Shown: one piece after another, positions 29,947 through 39,112 of the stretch
Numbering within the stretch: the first letter of the stretch is position 1
Layout of the letters: each line of letters begins with the position of its first letter
Assembly: GCA_965262605.1 (NCBI GenBank)
Contig: CBDHFN010000003.1
Location: forward strand, 7,222-71,221
Direction: 5' to 3'
From: Alphaproteobacteria bacterium
GTDB taxonomy: Bacteria > Pseudomonadota > Alphaproteobacteria > JASGCL01
DNA length: 64,000 nucleotides
Made by a program: the position numbers and the translations under genes
Notes under the pieces: model-generated
Told to the model about the DNA's origin: nothing
Database searches by the model: none
What the model saw: only the letters and a program-made list of their open reading frames with translations

Positions 29947-31431
29947 ATGGCTTATAAAGATTTATCGCAATATCTGGACGCTTTGGCAAAGAACAATGAT
30001 TTATGGCGCATTCAAGAACCATTTTGTGTGCGCCACGAAACCACCGAATTACATCGCAGAATTTTAGAATCGGGCGGACCAGCCTTAATTTTTGATAATC
30101 CAACCGCGATTAATGGGCAAAAATACGCCATGCCTTTGGTGCAAAATATTTATGGCTCGGTTGAACGAATCGCGTTTAGCATCGCCAGAAAACCCCAAGA
30201 TATGCGTGATTTGGGGCATTTATTAGCGTCTTTGCAAAAACCCGAACCGCCGAAATCCCTCAAAGATTTGCCAAAAATTTGGGAAATGGTGAAAATTGCC
30301 CGCAATATGCGCCCCAGCAAAACTAAAGACGCCCCATGCCAAGAAATTATTTTAAGGGGCGATGATATTGACTTAAATATTCTACCTATTACCACGAATT
30401 GGCAAGGCGATGTCGCGCCTTTAATAACATGGGGCATCGTCATAAGCCAAGGACCAAACCCTGATACTGATGCCACTGATGATTATAATATGGGTATTTA
30501 CCGCATGCAGGTTTTGAATAAAAATCAATGTATTATGCGCTGGTTAAAGCACCGCGGCGGCGCCCAACATCATCAAAAATGGGGCAAGAATAAAAAAGGC
30601 AACTTGCCGGTAGCCGTGGTAATTGGCGCATCGCCCGCCACGACTTTGGCGGCGGTAATGCCCTTACCCGACAATTTAAGCGAATATAAATTTGCTGGAT
30701 TCTTACAAGAATCGCCCCTGCAATTAGTGCGCGCCATCACCAATAATTTGATGATTCCCGCCCATAGCGAAATTGTGCTTGAAGGCTTCGTTAGCCTTGA
30801 TGATTATCACCTTGAAGGACCATATGGCGACCATACGGGATATTATAATGACACGGAATATTTTCCCATCATGACAATTACCGCCATCACCATGCGCCAA
30901 AAACCTTATTATTTATCAACCTATACGGGCAGACCACCGGACGAGCCCGCCATGCTGGGTATGGCACTCAACGAAGTATTTATCCCGATTTTTCAGCAAC
31001 AATTCCCCGAAGTTATTGATTTTTATCTGCCACCCGAGGGGTGTTCTTACCGAGTCGCCGTGGTGAGTATTAAAAAAACTTACGCTGGACAAGCAAAACG
31101 AATAATGATGGGAGTTTGGTCGTTTTTACGGCAATTTACCTATACTAAAATGGTGATAATTGTTGATGAAGACATAAATTGCCGTTCATGGCAGGATGTT
31201 ATTTGGGCGGTTGCAACCCGCATGGATCCCGCGCGCGATTGCACAATAATTAATAATACCGCGATTGATTATCTTGATTTTGCTTCACCGCAAAGTGGTT
31301 TAGGGTCAAAAATCGGCATTGATGCCACGAATAAAATCGCCCCTGAAACCCATCGCGCTTGGGGGCAAGTAATGGATATGCCCCAAGACACGCAAGCAAA
31401 AATACAAAATTTTTTAGAAAAAAACCGATAA
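29947..31431 (+). CDS. ubiD: UbiD-family (4-hydroxy-3-polyprenylbenzoate) decarboxylase
   Basis: 494 aa. N-terminus alignable to UbiD (DLSQYLDALAKNNDLWRI...ILESGGPALIFDNP). Confidence 0.85.
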   Translation: MAYKDLSQYLDALAKNNDLWRIQEPFCVRHETTELHRRILESGGPALIFDNPTAINGQKYAMPLVQNIYGSVERIAFSIARKPQDMRDLGHLLASLQKPEPPKSLKDLPKIWEMVKIARNMRPSKTKDAPCQEIILRGDDIDLNILPITTNWQGDVAPLITWGIVISQGPNPDTDATDDYNMGIYRMQVLNKNQCIMRWLKHRGGAQHHQKWGKNKKGNLPVAVVIGASPATTLAAVMPLPDNLSEYKFAGFLQESPLQLVRAITNNLMIPAHSEIVLEGFVSLDDYHLEGPYGDHTGYYNDTEYFPIMTITAITMRQKPYYLSTYTGRPPDEPAMLGMALNEVFIPIFQQQFPEVIDFYLPPEGCSYRVAVVSIKKTYAGQAKRIMMGVWSFLRQFTYTKMVIIVDEDINCRSWQDVIWAVATRMDPARDCTIINNTAIDYLDFASPQSGLGSKIGIDATNKIAPETHRAWGQVMDMPQDTQAKIQNFLEKNR

Positions 31432-31487
31432 TTAATCCATCGCTTATTCATCATAACATAATCACCATTAACGAATAAATAGTTAGT

Positions 31488-32672
31488 TTAAGCGTGGACT
31501 TTATCTTGCAGGTGCTTTGTTTTTTGAAAACCATAAATAATTAATATAGAACCAATGATAAATAACGCCCCCAAGCATTTCATGCCATATTCGTGGAATA
31601 AGCCAGCTAAGGAAGCCGTGATAGAGCCAAAGCCATATTGCATAATAGATTGCAACGAAGTTGCCGTGCCAGCGCGGGCGCGAAACGGCGCGGAGGCTCC
31701 GGCAAAACTAATACCCATGACAATGCCCGTGCCAAAGCTGTTGAGCATCATCGGCAATGCCAAAGCCAATAAATTATGCCATTCAAACCAAGCAAAAATA
31801 TTAAGCAAAATTGTGACTAAGCATAATGATAATACGCCAAATCCCAATAATTTTGGCGAATGGAAATATTTTCGGTAAACCATATTGCCGACAATGAAAC
31901 TGCCCGCAGTGAAGGGAAAAATAAAGCCAAATTGCGAAGCATTTAAGCCCATTTCATTAATAAAAATAAAAGATGATATGGATAAATAGGCAAAAAAATT
32001 CATAAATTGCCCAACTAATAATGCGCTATACGCCTGAAAATGCTTATGTTTTAAAATATCGCGAAAGGCTTTAAGATGATTTTTAAAACCTAAATCATGG
32101 GCTTCTAGTTTTGTTGCGGTTTCTTGCAAAAATAAAATAATTATTGTAAAATAAATTGCCGCCGCAACAAACATAATGGCAAAACTGGCACGCCAACCAA
32201 AATATTCTTGCAAAACCCCGCCCAATACCGGCGCGATTAGGGGGGCGATTGCAATGATTGAACCAATAGTGGCAAAGGATTTTGCCATTTCCTTGGGCGG
32301 AATCACATCACGAATTAATGCCCGTGCTGTATTATTTACCGCCGATGCGCCGATGGCTTGCACCACGCGTGTCGCTAATAAAATTTCAAAATTTTGGCTG
32401 AAAACCGCGCAAAAACTGGCAAAAATATAAACACCCAATCCCCCTAATAACAGGGGCTTACGCCCATAAACATCGGACATTGCGCCGACAAAAATAAAAC
32501 TAATGGCAAATGATATTAAATATATTGCGACTAATTGGGCAACTTGGTCGGGGCTTCGGTTTAAATCTTGGGCAATCGCGGGCAAAGATGGCAAAAATGT
32601 ATCAATGCTTATCGGACCCAAAGCAATCAAACCCGCGCTTAAATATATAATTAATTTTGGTTTCATACCCAT
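31488..32672 (-). CDS. MFS transporter, Bcr/CflA drug-resistance subfamily
   Basis: 394 aa, 12 predicted TM segments. Signature N-terminus (ISIDTFLPSLPAIAQDL; GAMSDVYGRKPLLLGG). Confidence 0.7.
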   Translation of the reverse strand: MGMKPKLIIYLSAGLIALGPISIDTFLPSLPAIAQDLNRSPDQVAQLVAIYLISFAISFIFVGAMSDVYGRKPLLLGGLGVYIFASFCAVFSQNFEILLATRVVQAIGASAVNNTARALIRDVIPPKEMAKSFATIGSIIAIAPLIAPVLGGVLQEYFGWRASFAIMFVAAAIYFTIIILFLQETATKLEAHDLGFKNHLKAFRDILKHKHFQAYSALLVGQFMNFFAYLSISSFIFINEMGLNASQFGFIFPFTAGSFIVGNMVYRKYFHSPKLLGFGVLSLCLVTILLNIFAWFEWHNLLALALPMMLNSFGTGIVMGISFAGASAPFRARAGTATSLQSIMQYGFGSITASLAGLFHEYGMKCLGALFIIGSILIIYGFQKTKHLQDKVHA

Positions 32673-32873
32673 TAATTAAAGCATATTATGCAAAAATCAA
32701 GTTTTTTATCTGTTTTTTTTCAAAATATACTATTTTGCGTGAAGCAGTCAAAAAAATTATTCAGTTGGGGGTATGGTTGAATTTGCACATAAAAAAGTCA
32801 ACAGACTATTTTATACTCAGATGGCATTAATCTTGTTGAGGATTCAGGGTTTAGGTAATTTATATTAACTTAT

Positions 32874-33662
32874 TTATACATTAAAAAAATGCTTAACAAT
32901 TCCCCAAATGCTTGATCCTATATTTTGAAGCACACCTTGAAACATACCAAAAGCAATAAGTGCCAATAATCCAGTTATCCATTTTGCATATTTTTTTATA
33001 TTAGATAATTTGCTTAAAAATGGTTTAGCAATCGTCACTACTTCTTTAATTTCATGCACATCCGCTTGCAAATTAAGCATACCAGTTTCAAGTCTATCCA
33101 CCGTTTTAATTACTTTACTAAAATCTTTAGATTCAATTGTTAGCATTCTTTGTAAGTCCTCGGTTTTAAATTCTCTTTGTCCTTGATTTTCGCCCATATA
33201 CCCTTGACTTTTATCTGTTAATTGGTAAAAAATCATGGTAAAAAATGGTTTATTAATATCAATTACAACATCTGCTAATGTTGGGTTAAAGATTTGACAA
33301 TAAATTTTACCATTATAGCCCGGATCAATTTGCGGTCCGCCAAATTGAATCAACCCAGATCGCGCAACAGATGAGGTTACGCCATAACTTGCGCAAATAT
33401 CTAAAGGAAGTTTTATAATTTCTTTGGATTCCACTAACGCCCAATTATGCGCTTCTATTATTATTCGGCTTGAATTATTTTCAGCGGTTTGTATGTCAAG
33501 CTTATTGCCAGCCCTTACAACACGACCAATTTTAAGGTCATAGCTTGCAGGTTGCAATTGATTAAAATGCCCATCTTCTGTATAGGGATTATAAGGATCT
33601 ATACCAATGTGATTTTCTGCAACTAAAGATTCAATTCTTTTATCATGTAAAATCATTATCAT
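32874..33662 (-). CDS. dcd: dCTP deaminase (Dcd/dUTPase-fold) with extra C-terminal amphipathic/membrane segment
   Basis: Residues 1-190 are alignable to E. coli Dcd (ASYDLKIG; SSVARSGLIQFGGPQIDPGYNGKIYCQIFN ~ [31 protein letters not shown]). An additional ~70 aa follows, ending in the hydrophobic stretch WITGLLALIAFGMFQGVL. Confidence 0.6.
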   Translation of the reverse strand: MIMILHDKRIESLVAENHIGIDPYNPYTEDGHFNQLQPASYDLKIGRVVRAGNKLDIQTAENNSSRIIIEAHNWALVESKEIIKLPLDICASYGVTSSVARSGLIQFGGPQIDPGYNGKIYCQIFNPTLADVVIDINKPFFTMIFYQLTDKSQGYMGENQGQREFKTEDLQRMLTIESKDFSKVIKTVDRLETGMLNLQADVHEIKEVVTIAKPFLSKLSNIKKYAKWITGLLALIAFGMFQGVLQNIGSSIWGIVKHFFNV

Positions 33663-33737
33663 TACCTTTGCTTAACATTACAAATTTTTAAATACCAAGC
33701 GAAAATCATGCCATATTTAATTTGCCTTACAAAAAAA

Positions 33738-35276
33738 TCACAAATATTTTGCGTCAAGTTTAATGGGATATTTCGCGCGCAATTGCTTGTCCAATTCATC
33801 GGATATAAAGCTGTGCGGGGGTTTTGCCAGAATTTTTTCTTTAATATCGCGCGCCCGTTCAACTAAATCAGGTTTGCCATTGGCTGCCCATTCTTTGGGG
33901 GAACTGCGGTCAAAAGTTTGCGGATAAAAATAATCCCGTTGCATTAAACGCATGGTTTGGTCAGAACCCAAGAAATGTCCGGGACCATTAAGGCAAGTTT
34001 GGCGAATCACATCAACCGATAATGTATCTTCATTAACTTCAATCCCACGCACAATGCGCATGACGGAACCCAATAAATCATTATCAAGCACCAAAGTTTC
34101 AAGGCAATATCCCAATAATGATGCGTGCATTCCCGCCGATTCATAAATTATATTTGCGCCAGATTGGGCGTCAATACTATGGGTATAGGCTTTTTCTGCG
34201 CCCGCTTGATAATCGGGCAATTTACTATCCGCCATACCAGCGGCAACGCCCGTTGTTAAATTATAATGCCGTCCCATTTGGGCGACGCCCGCCATTAATA
34301 AGGCTTGTTCGGCACTGCCGCCGCTCATTGCGCCCGTTCGTAAATCGGAGACAAAGGGCCAAGTGCCAAAAATACAAGGCGTACCGGGCACAACCGCATT
34401 GGCATAACATAAAGCCCCCAAAACTTCAGACACTGATTGCACTAAGGATCCAGCAATCGCGGCGGGCGAAGTCGCGCCAGCTTGCCCCGCGGATAATAAT
34501 AAAATCGGCATGCCCGCCAAAGCCGCTTCTTCAAGGCAACGACAAGCATCTTGGGCAAATTTTAAAGGGGGGACAACAAAGCAACAAGACATGCTGACAA
34601 AGGGTCTGGCGCGCCAATTAGCTTCACCACCCGCTATATCATGCAACATTTTCATGGATTCGCGAAATTGCTTGGGGTCAACCCAAGATGTGCCAACATG
34701 CTTGCGCGTGCCCCTTACGGACGCATAACAAGTATTAAAATCCATGTCAAATGGGTCGGGTAAATCACGGCATACCATCGTGCGCTGAAACATATGGATA
34801 TTATCTAAATTATCCACTAATTTCGCGGCATGGTAAAGGTCTTTGGTCGTTGATTCATGGTAAATTTTGGTAAAAGGGTCAACTAAATGCACCGCGGCAC
34901 CAGCGGTAGAAAAATAAACCCGCCCATCCGAAGGGTGCAAGTCATGTTCGGGGTCTTGGGCATAAAGCGTAAAACCACGGGTTGCTTTGGCAATAGTATC
35001 TTCAACTAATGCGCGCGGAAAGCATAATCTGCCTTTTTCATTAACAAATGCGCCAGCTTTGGTGCAATATTCAATAGTCGTAGGCAAGGCATCGGCAAAA
35101 CCGATGGTTTCTAATATTTCAAGGGCGGATTGATGCACTTTTTCCACTTCGCTGGGCGTTAATACTTGATATTTATTGCCCGTCATGCCGCCACGAATTG
35201 GCTTTATATTATCCTCTAATGGTGCGGCACGCATGGCGACTCTGGCTTCTCTGCCACCTGATCTTCTTGAACTCAT
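33738..35276 (-). CDS. MttB-superfamily (trimethylamine/glycine-betaine:corrinoid) methyltransferase
   Basis: 512 aa of MttB-family length and composition. Markedly GC-richer (~50%) than surrounding genes. Confidence 0.7.
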   Translation of the reverse strand: MSSRRSGGREARVAMRAAPLEDNIKPIRGGMTGNKYQVLTPSEVEKVHQSALEILETIGFADALPTTIEYCTKAGAFVNEKGRLCFPRALVEDTIAKATRGFTLYAQDPEHDLHPSDGRVYFSTAGAAVHLVDPFTKIYHESTTKDLYHAAKLVDNLDNIHMFQRTMVCRDLPDPFDMDFNTCYASVRGTRKHVGTSWVDPKQFRESMKMLHDIAGGEANWRARPFVSMSCCFVVPPLKFAQDACRCLEEAALAGMPILLLSAGQAGATSPAAIAGSLVQSVSEVLGALCYANAVVPGTPCIFGTWPFVSDLRTGAMSGGSAEQALLMAGVAQMGRHYNLTTGVAAGMADSKLPDYQAGAEKAYTHSIDAQSGANIIYESAGMHASLLGYCLETLVLDNDLLGSVMRIVRGIEVNEDTLSVDVIRQTCLNGPGHFLGSDQTMRLMQRDYFYPQTFDRSSPKEWAANGKPDLVERARDIKEKILAKPPHSFISDELDKQLRAKYPIKLDAKYL

Positions 35277-35518
35277 AATTACTACCCCTGATAAAGTTTC
35301 AATAATCTTTATTTATCTTAAATCGCGATATTGTCAAGTAATTTTATCATCGGGTAATTCGTAAATTGTTCATGGTTTAATAAATTTTATTAACGACAAG
35401 CTTAAAATAATTTATGAATAATTGCTAATAAAAAATTAAATTGTTAAAAATAACTATTGACTACATTGTATTTTCTGATAAATTTAAATTAATCATATAC
35501 ATAACAGGAGGAATGATT

Positions 35519-37207
35519 ATGTCTAAAAAAATTGAAACATTAACCGGTAAGCCAGCTCACCCTTGGGTTGGACAATATATTGCAGATTTCAAAAGCGGTT
35601 TATTGGAACGCCGTGAATTTTTATCCGCAATTACCGCGCTTGGTGTAACCGCGGCATCGGCTTTAACTTTGGCTGGTTTGCCCAGCAAAGCCAATGCGCA
35701 AACCCCTAAAAAAGGTGGTGTTGTGCGTTTTTCACAAACAGTGCAAAAAATTGCCGACCCCGCATATGGCGAATGGTCACAACATGGTAATGCGTTTCGC
35801 CCCATGCTTGATGGTTTGATTTTATGGAATGATGACGGCACGTTTCAACCTTGGTTGGCTGAAAAATGGGAATATTCCACTGATTTGAAAACTTTCACCC
35901 TGCATTTACGCAAAGGCGTAAAATGGACAAATGGTGATGAATTCAACGCATCAGATATTACCGCAATTTTTGATCGTTGGTTGAATAAATTGCCAAAAAC
36001 TTCCATGCAATCAAAATTTGATGGTATGTTAGAAGAATATGACACGGGTAAAAAAGACGACAAAGGCAATGCAATTAAAGCCAAAAAAGCACTTCCAAAT
36101 TGCGTTAAAGTCGTAGATAGCCATACTGTGCAATTAATTTTCACAAAACCCGATATTTCAATCCCCGGCGGTTTATCTGATTATCCTTCGTTAATTACGC
36201 ATCGCGATTTTGAAAAAAATGGCGGTAATTTTTGGGATAAGCCAATTGGCACTGGTGCTTTTGAAGTGGCAGAATATAAAGTTGGCGAACGGGCTGTTTA
36301 TAATGCGCGTAAATCTGGTTATTGGGGCAAAGGTCCATATATTGATCAATTAGTATATGTTGATTTAGGCGAAGATGCTGGCAAAGAATTAGCTGCTTTT
36401 TCGGCGGGTCAAATTGACATTAACTATAAAACTGCACCCGACCAAGTTTCTAAATTGGAAGCGATTAAAACCATTCAAAAGAATGAAAAAGCAACCGCTG
36501 GAACTTTGGTTATGCGTTTTAACCAAAAAACCAAACCCGGTGATAATAAAAAATTGCGTCAAGCTTTAAATTTATCGGTTGATAATCAAAAAGTGTTGGA
36601 AATTGCATATGCTGGTAAGGCGGCTGCGGCAGAAAACCATCATGTAGCACCAATTCACCCTGAATATGCTAAATTACCTGCGATTAAACGCGATGTAGCG
36701 GCGGCAAAAAAATTATTAGCCGAAGCCGGTTATCCCAATGGTGTTGAATTAGAAATGATTTGTATTGACGCGCCCAAGTTTGAAAGCGATATGGGTTTAT
36801 CCATCGCAGACCAAGCCAAAGACGCAGGCATTAAAATCAATGTTAAAGTTCTTCCCGGTGGTGCATATTGGGATAAATGGGATACATGGCCTCTTTCCAT
36901 CACCGCATGGAATGGTCGCCCATTTGGCACGCAAATTTACAATTTAGCATACCGCTCGGGCGCAGTTTGGAACGAAGCTGGCTATTCAAATCCTGAATTA
37001 GACAAATTATTGGACGAAGCCGACAAAACTCCAGATGCGAAAAAACGCTCGGTGATTATGGAAAAATTGGAAAAAATCATGCAAGAAGATGCAGTAATTT
37101 TACAACCATTCTGGCAAAAAAATTACAATTTTCAAAACACGAAATTGAAAAATTTCAAATATCACTTCGCCAACGAATTCCGTTTTCACGAAGTTTGGAT
37201 TGACTAA
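35519..37207 (+). CDS. ABC transporter substrate-binding protein, family 5 (DppA/OppA-like), Tat signal
   Basis: Start taken at MSKKIETL (GGAGG Shine-Dalgarno upstream). RREFLS twin-arginine motif. Size and composition match a family-5 SBP. Confidence 0.75.
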   Translation: MSKKIETLTGKPAHPWVGQYIADFKSGLLERREFLSAITALGVTAASALTLAGLPSKANAQTPKKGGVVRFSQTVQKIADPAYGEWSQHGNAFRPMLDGLILWNDDGTFQPWLAEKWEYSTDLKTFTLHLRKGVKWTNGDEFNASDITAIFDRWLNKLPKTSMQSKFDGMLEEYDTGKKDDKGNAIKAKKALPNCVKVVDSHTVQLIFTKPDISIPGGLSDYPSLITHRDFEKNGGNFWDKPIGTGAFEVAEYKVGERAVYNARKSGYWGKGPYIDQLVYVDLGEDAGKELAAFSAGQIDINYKTAPDQVSKLEAIKTIQKNEKATAGTLVMRFNQKTKPGDNKKLRQALNLSVDNQKVLEIAYAGKAAAAENHHVAPIHPEYAKLPAIKRDVAAAKKLLAEAGYPNGVELEMICIDAPKFESDMGLSIADQAKDAGIKINVKVLPGGAYWDKWDTWPLSITAWNGRPFGTQIYNLAYRSGAVWNEAGYSNPELDKLLDEADKTPDAKKRSVIMEKLEKIMQEDAVILQPFWQKNYNFQNTKLKNFKYHFANEFRFHEVWID

Positions 37208-37230
37208 TTTTAGTTGATATTAAAATGGCA

Positions 37231-37259
37231 AAGCCCCCAATTTTGGGGGCTTTGTTTTA
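37231..37259 (+). terminator. rho-independent terminator of the SBP gene
   Basis: AGCCCCCAA-TT-TTGGGGGCT hairpin followed by TTTGTTTT. Confidence 0.65.
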
Positions 37260-37289
37260 TATATTTTAATTGCTTGATATATTAAATAT

Positions 37290-38340
37290 ATGCCTGCATC
37301 ATAACAAAGAAAAAATCCTTAAAATCCTTGGTAAAGGGGGTTTGGGGGAATCCCCCAAAATATAGCGAATAAAACAGCAAGAATTTTTATTTACGCACCT
37401 TATTTTGCGCTTACGCTTTACTAGGATTTTAAGGATTGAAAAGGATTTAAGGATTATTAAAATATCACCATTTAAAACAGCAAGAATTTTTATTTTCGCA
37501 CCTTATTTTGCGCTTACGCTTTACTAGAATTAAAAGAATTTTAAGAATTAAAAGAATTTAATGATTATTAAAATATTTAATTATCAAATTTGTTTAAAAA
37601 TATATGGTTGCATGATGAAAAAGAAAAAAATTCTTAAAATTCTTAAAATTCTTAAAATTCTTGGTAAAGGGGGTTTGGGGGAATCCCCCAAAATATAACG
37701 AATAAAACAGCATGAATTTTTATTTTCGCACCCGTTTTGACGCTTACGCTTTAATAGGATTATGGGATTATAGGATTAAATGATTATTAAAATAGTAATT
37801 AATCAAATTCGGTTAAAAATATATGCATGTATGATGAAAAAGAAAAAATTCCTTCAATCTTTTTAATCCTTAAATCCCATTTTAAGGGGGATTGGGGGAA
37901 TCCCCCAAAATATAACGAATAAAACAGCAAGAATTTTTATTTTCGCACCTTATTTTGCGCTTACGCTTGAATAGAATTAAAAGAATTAAAAGAATTTAAT
38001 GATTATTATAATATTTAATTATCAAATTTGGTAAAAAATATATGATTGAATGATGAAAGAGAAAAAAAATTCTTAAAATTCTTAAAATTCTTGTAAAAGG
38101 GGGTTTGGGGGAATCCCCCAAAATATAACGAAAAAACAGCATGAAATTTTATTTTCGCACCCGTTTTAACGCTTACGCTTGAATAGAATTAAAAGAATTA
38201 AAAGAATTTAATGATTATTATAATATTTAATTATCAAATTTGGTAAAAAATATATGGTTGAATGATGAAAGAGAAAAAAATTCTTAAAATTCTTAAAATT
38301 CTCGCGCGAAGCGCAAAGCGTAAGCGTTAATTTAAATCCA
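37290..38340 (+). repeat. tandem array (~4.5 units of ~220 bp) of a structured AT-rich repeat family containing a GGGGG-A-CCCCC palindrome
   Basis: Repeated units: ...TATATGnTTGnATGATGAAAnAGAAAAAAA(TTCTTAAAAT)n TCTTGGTAAAGGGGGTTTGGGGGAATCCCCCAAAATATAACGAATAAAACAGCAAGAATTTTTATTTTCGCACC.TTATTTTGCGCTTACGCTTT... Unit starts near 37604, 37822, 38040 and 38263. Confidence 0.85.
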
Positions 38341-38526
38341 TTCTAAATTTGCACATAAGCAAGAAAATTATCGTCATTAATATACTATGCCATGGGTAAT
38401 TATATTTGAACCCTGCTATTACGGGGCTGGTAATAATTAATCCATAAATCGCTAATGCTAATTAATCTTTTCTGCTCCTTGCATGCACCGCAAGTATTGC
38501 ATCAGGGCTTGAAATAGTCTGTTGAC

Positions 38527-39108
38527 TTATACCTTAATGATATTCGCGATTGCTGTGCTGACTTTATCAATCGCTAATGTGCCGTCTAAAACCGATAATT
38601 TACCGCTTGATTGATAATAAGGCAGGACAGGGGCGGTTGATTCATGGTAAGTTTTTAATCGTTTCTTTAAGGTTTCTTCGTTATCATCGGCGCGAACTGG
38701 AATATTCTTGGCGATATTTTCAGCAGCGCGCGATTGAATTCGTTGCAATAAAATCTCGTCTGGGACGCGTAATTCAATAACATGGTTAATGGTTTTTTTC
38801 GCGCTTGCCAACATTTTATCTAAACCTTCGGCTTGGGGGATAGTGCGCGGAAACCCATCTAAAATAAAGCCATTTTGGCAATCTGATTCGGTAATGCGGT
38901 TTGCAATAATGCCAATAATGGTTGCATCATCAACTAATTGCCCTGCTTCCATAATGGATTTTGCTTTTAAGCCAAGATCCGTGCCATCTTTAACGGCTTG
39001 GCGAAGCATATCGCCCGTGGCAAGTTGCACTATATTATGTTTTTTGGTAAGAATCTCCGCTTGCGTGCCTTTTCCTGCGCCCGGTGGTCCAAACATAATT
39101 ATAATCAT
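38527..39108 (-). CDS. adk: adenylate kinase
   Basis: P-loop GPPGAGKGTQ. LID and NMP-binding regions. Follows secY. Confidence 0.9.
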   Translation of the reverse strand: MIIIMFGPPGAGKGTQAEILTKKHNIVQLATGDMLRQAVKDGTDLGLKAKSIMEAGQLVDDATIIGIIANRITESDCQNGFILDGFPRTIPQAEGLDKMLASAKKTINHVIELRVPDEILLQRIQSRAAENIAKNIPVRADDNEETLKKRLKTYHESTAPVLPYYQSSGKLSVLDGTLAIDKVSTAIANIIKV

Positions 39109-39112
39109 AGCA

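Noticed and set aside
33662-33862. 66-aa ORF on the minus strand overlapping the 3' end of the mttB-like gene
   Set aside because: It lies in an alternative frame of a well-supported 512-aa gene and has no independent support.
37625-37712. ATG-initiated frame in one repeat unit encoding a cationic MMKKKKILKILKILKILGKGGLGESPKI peptide (antimicrobial-peptide-like)
   Set aside because: The frame is not preserved in the neighbouring units: one has a stop after 11 codons, another after 8. There is no Shine-Dalgarno. It is a by-product of the TTCTTAAAAT tandem tract.
37290-38340. Possible CRISPR array
   Set aside because: The units are ~220 bp and directly abutting with no unique spacers. There are no cas genes. 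The G5-A-C5 palindrome is not part of any repeat-spacer periodicity.
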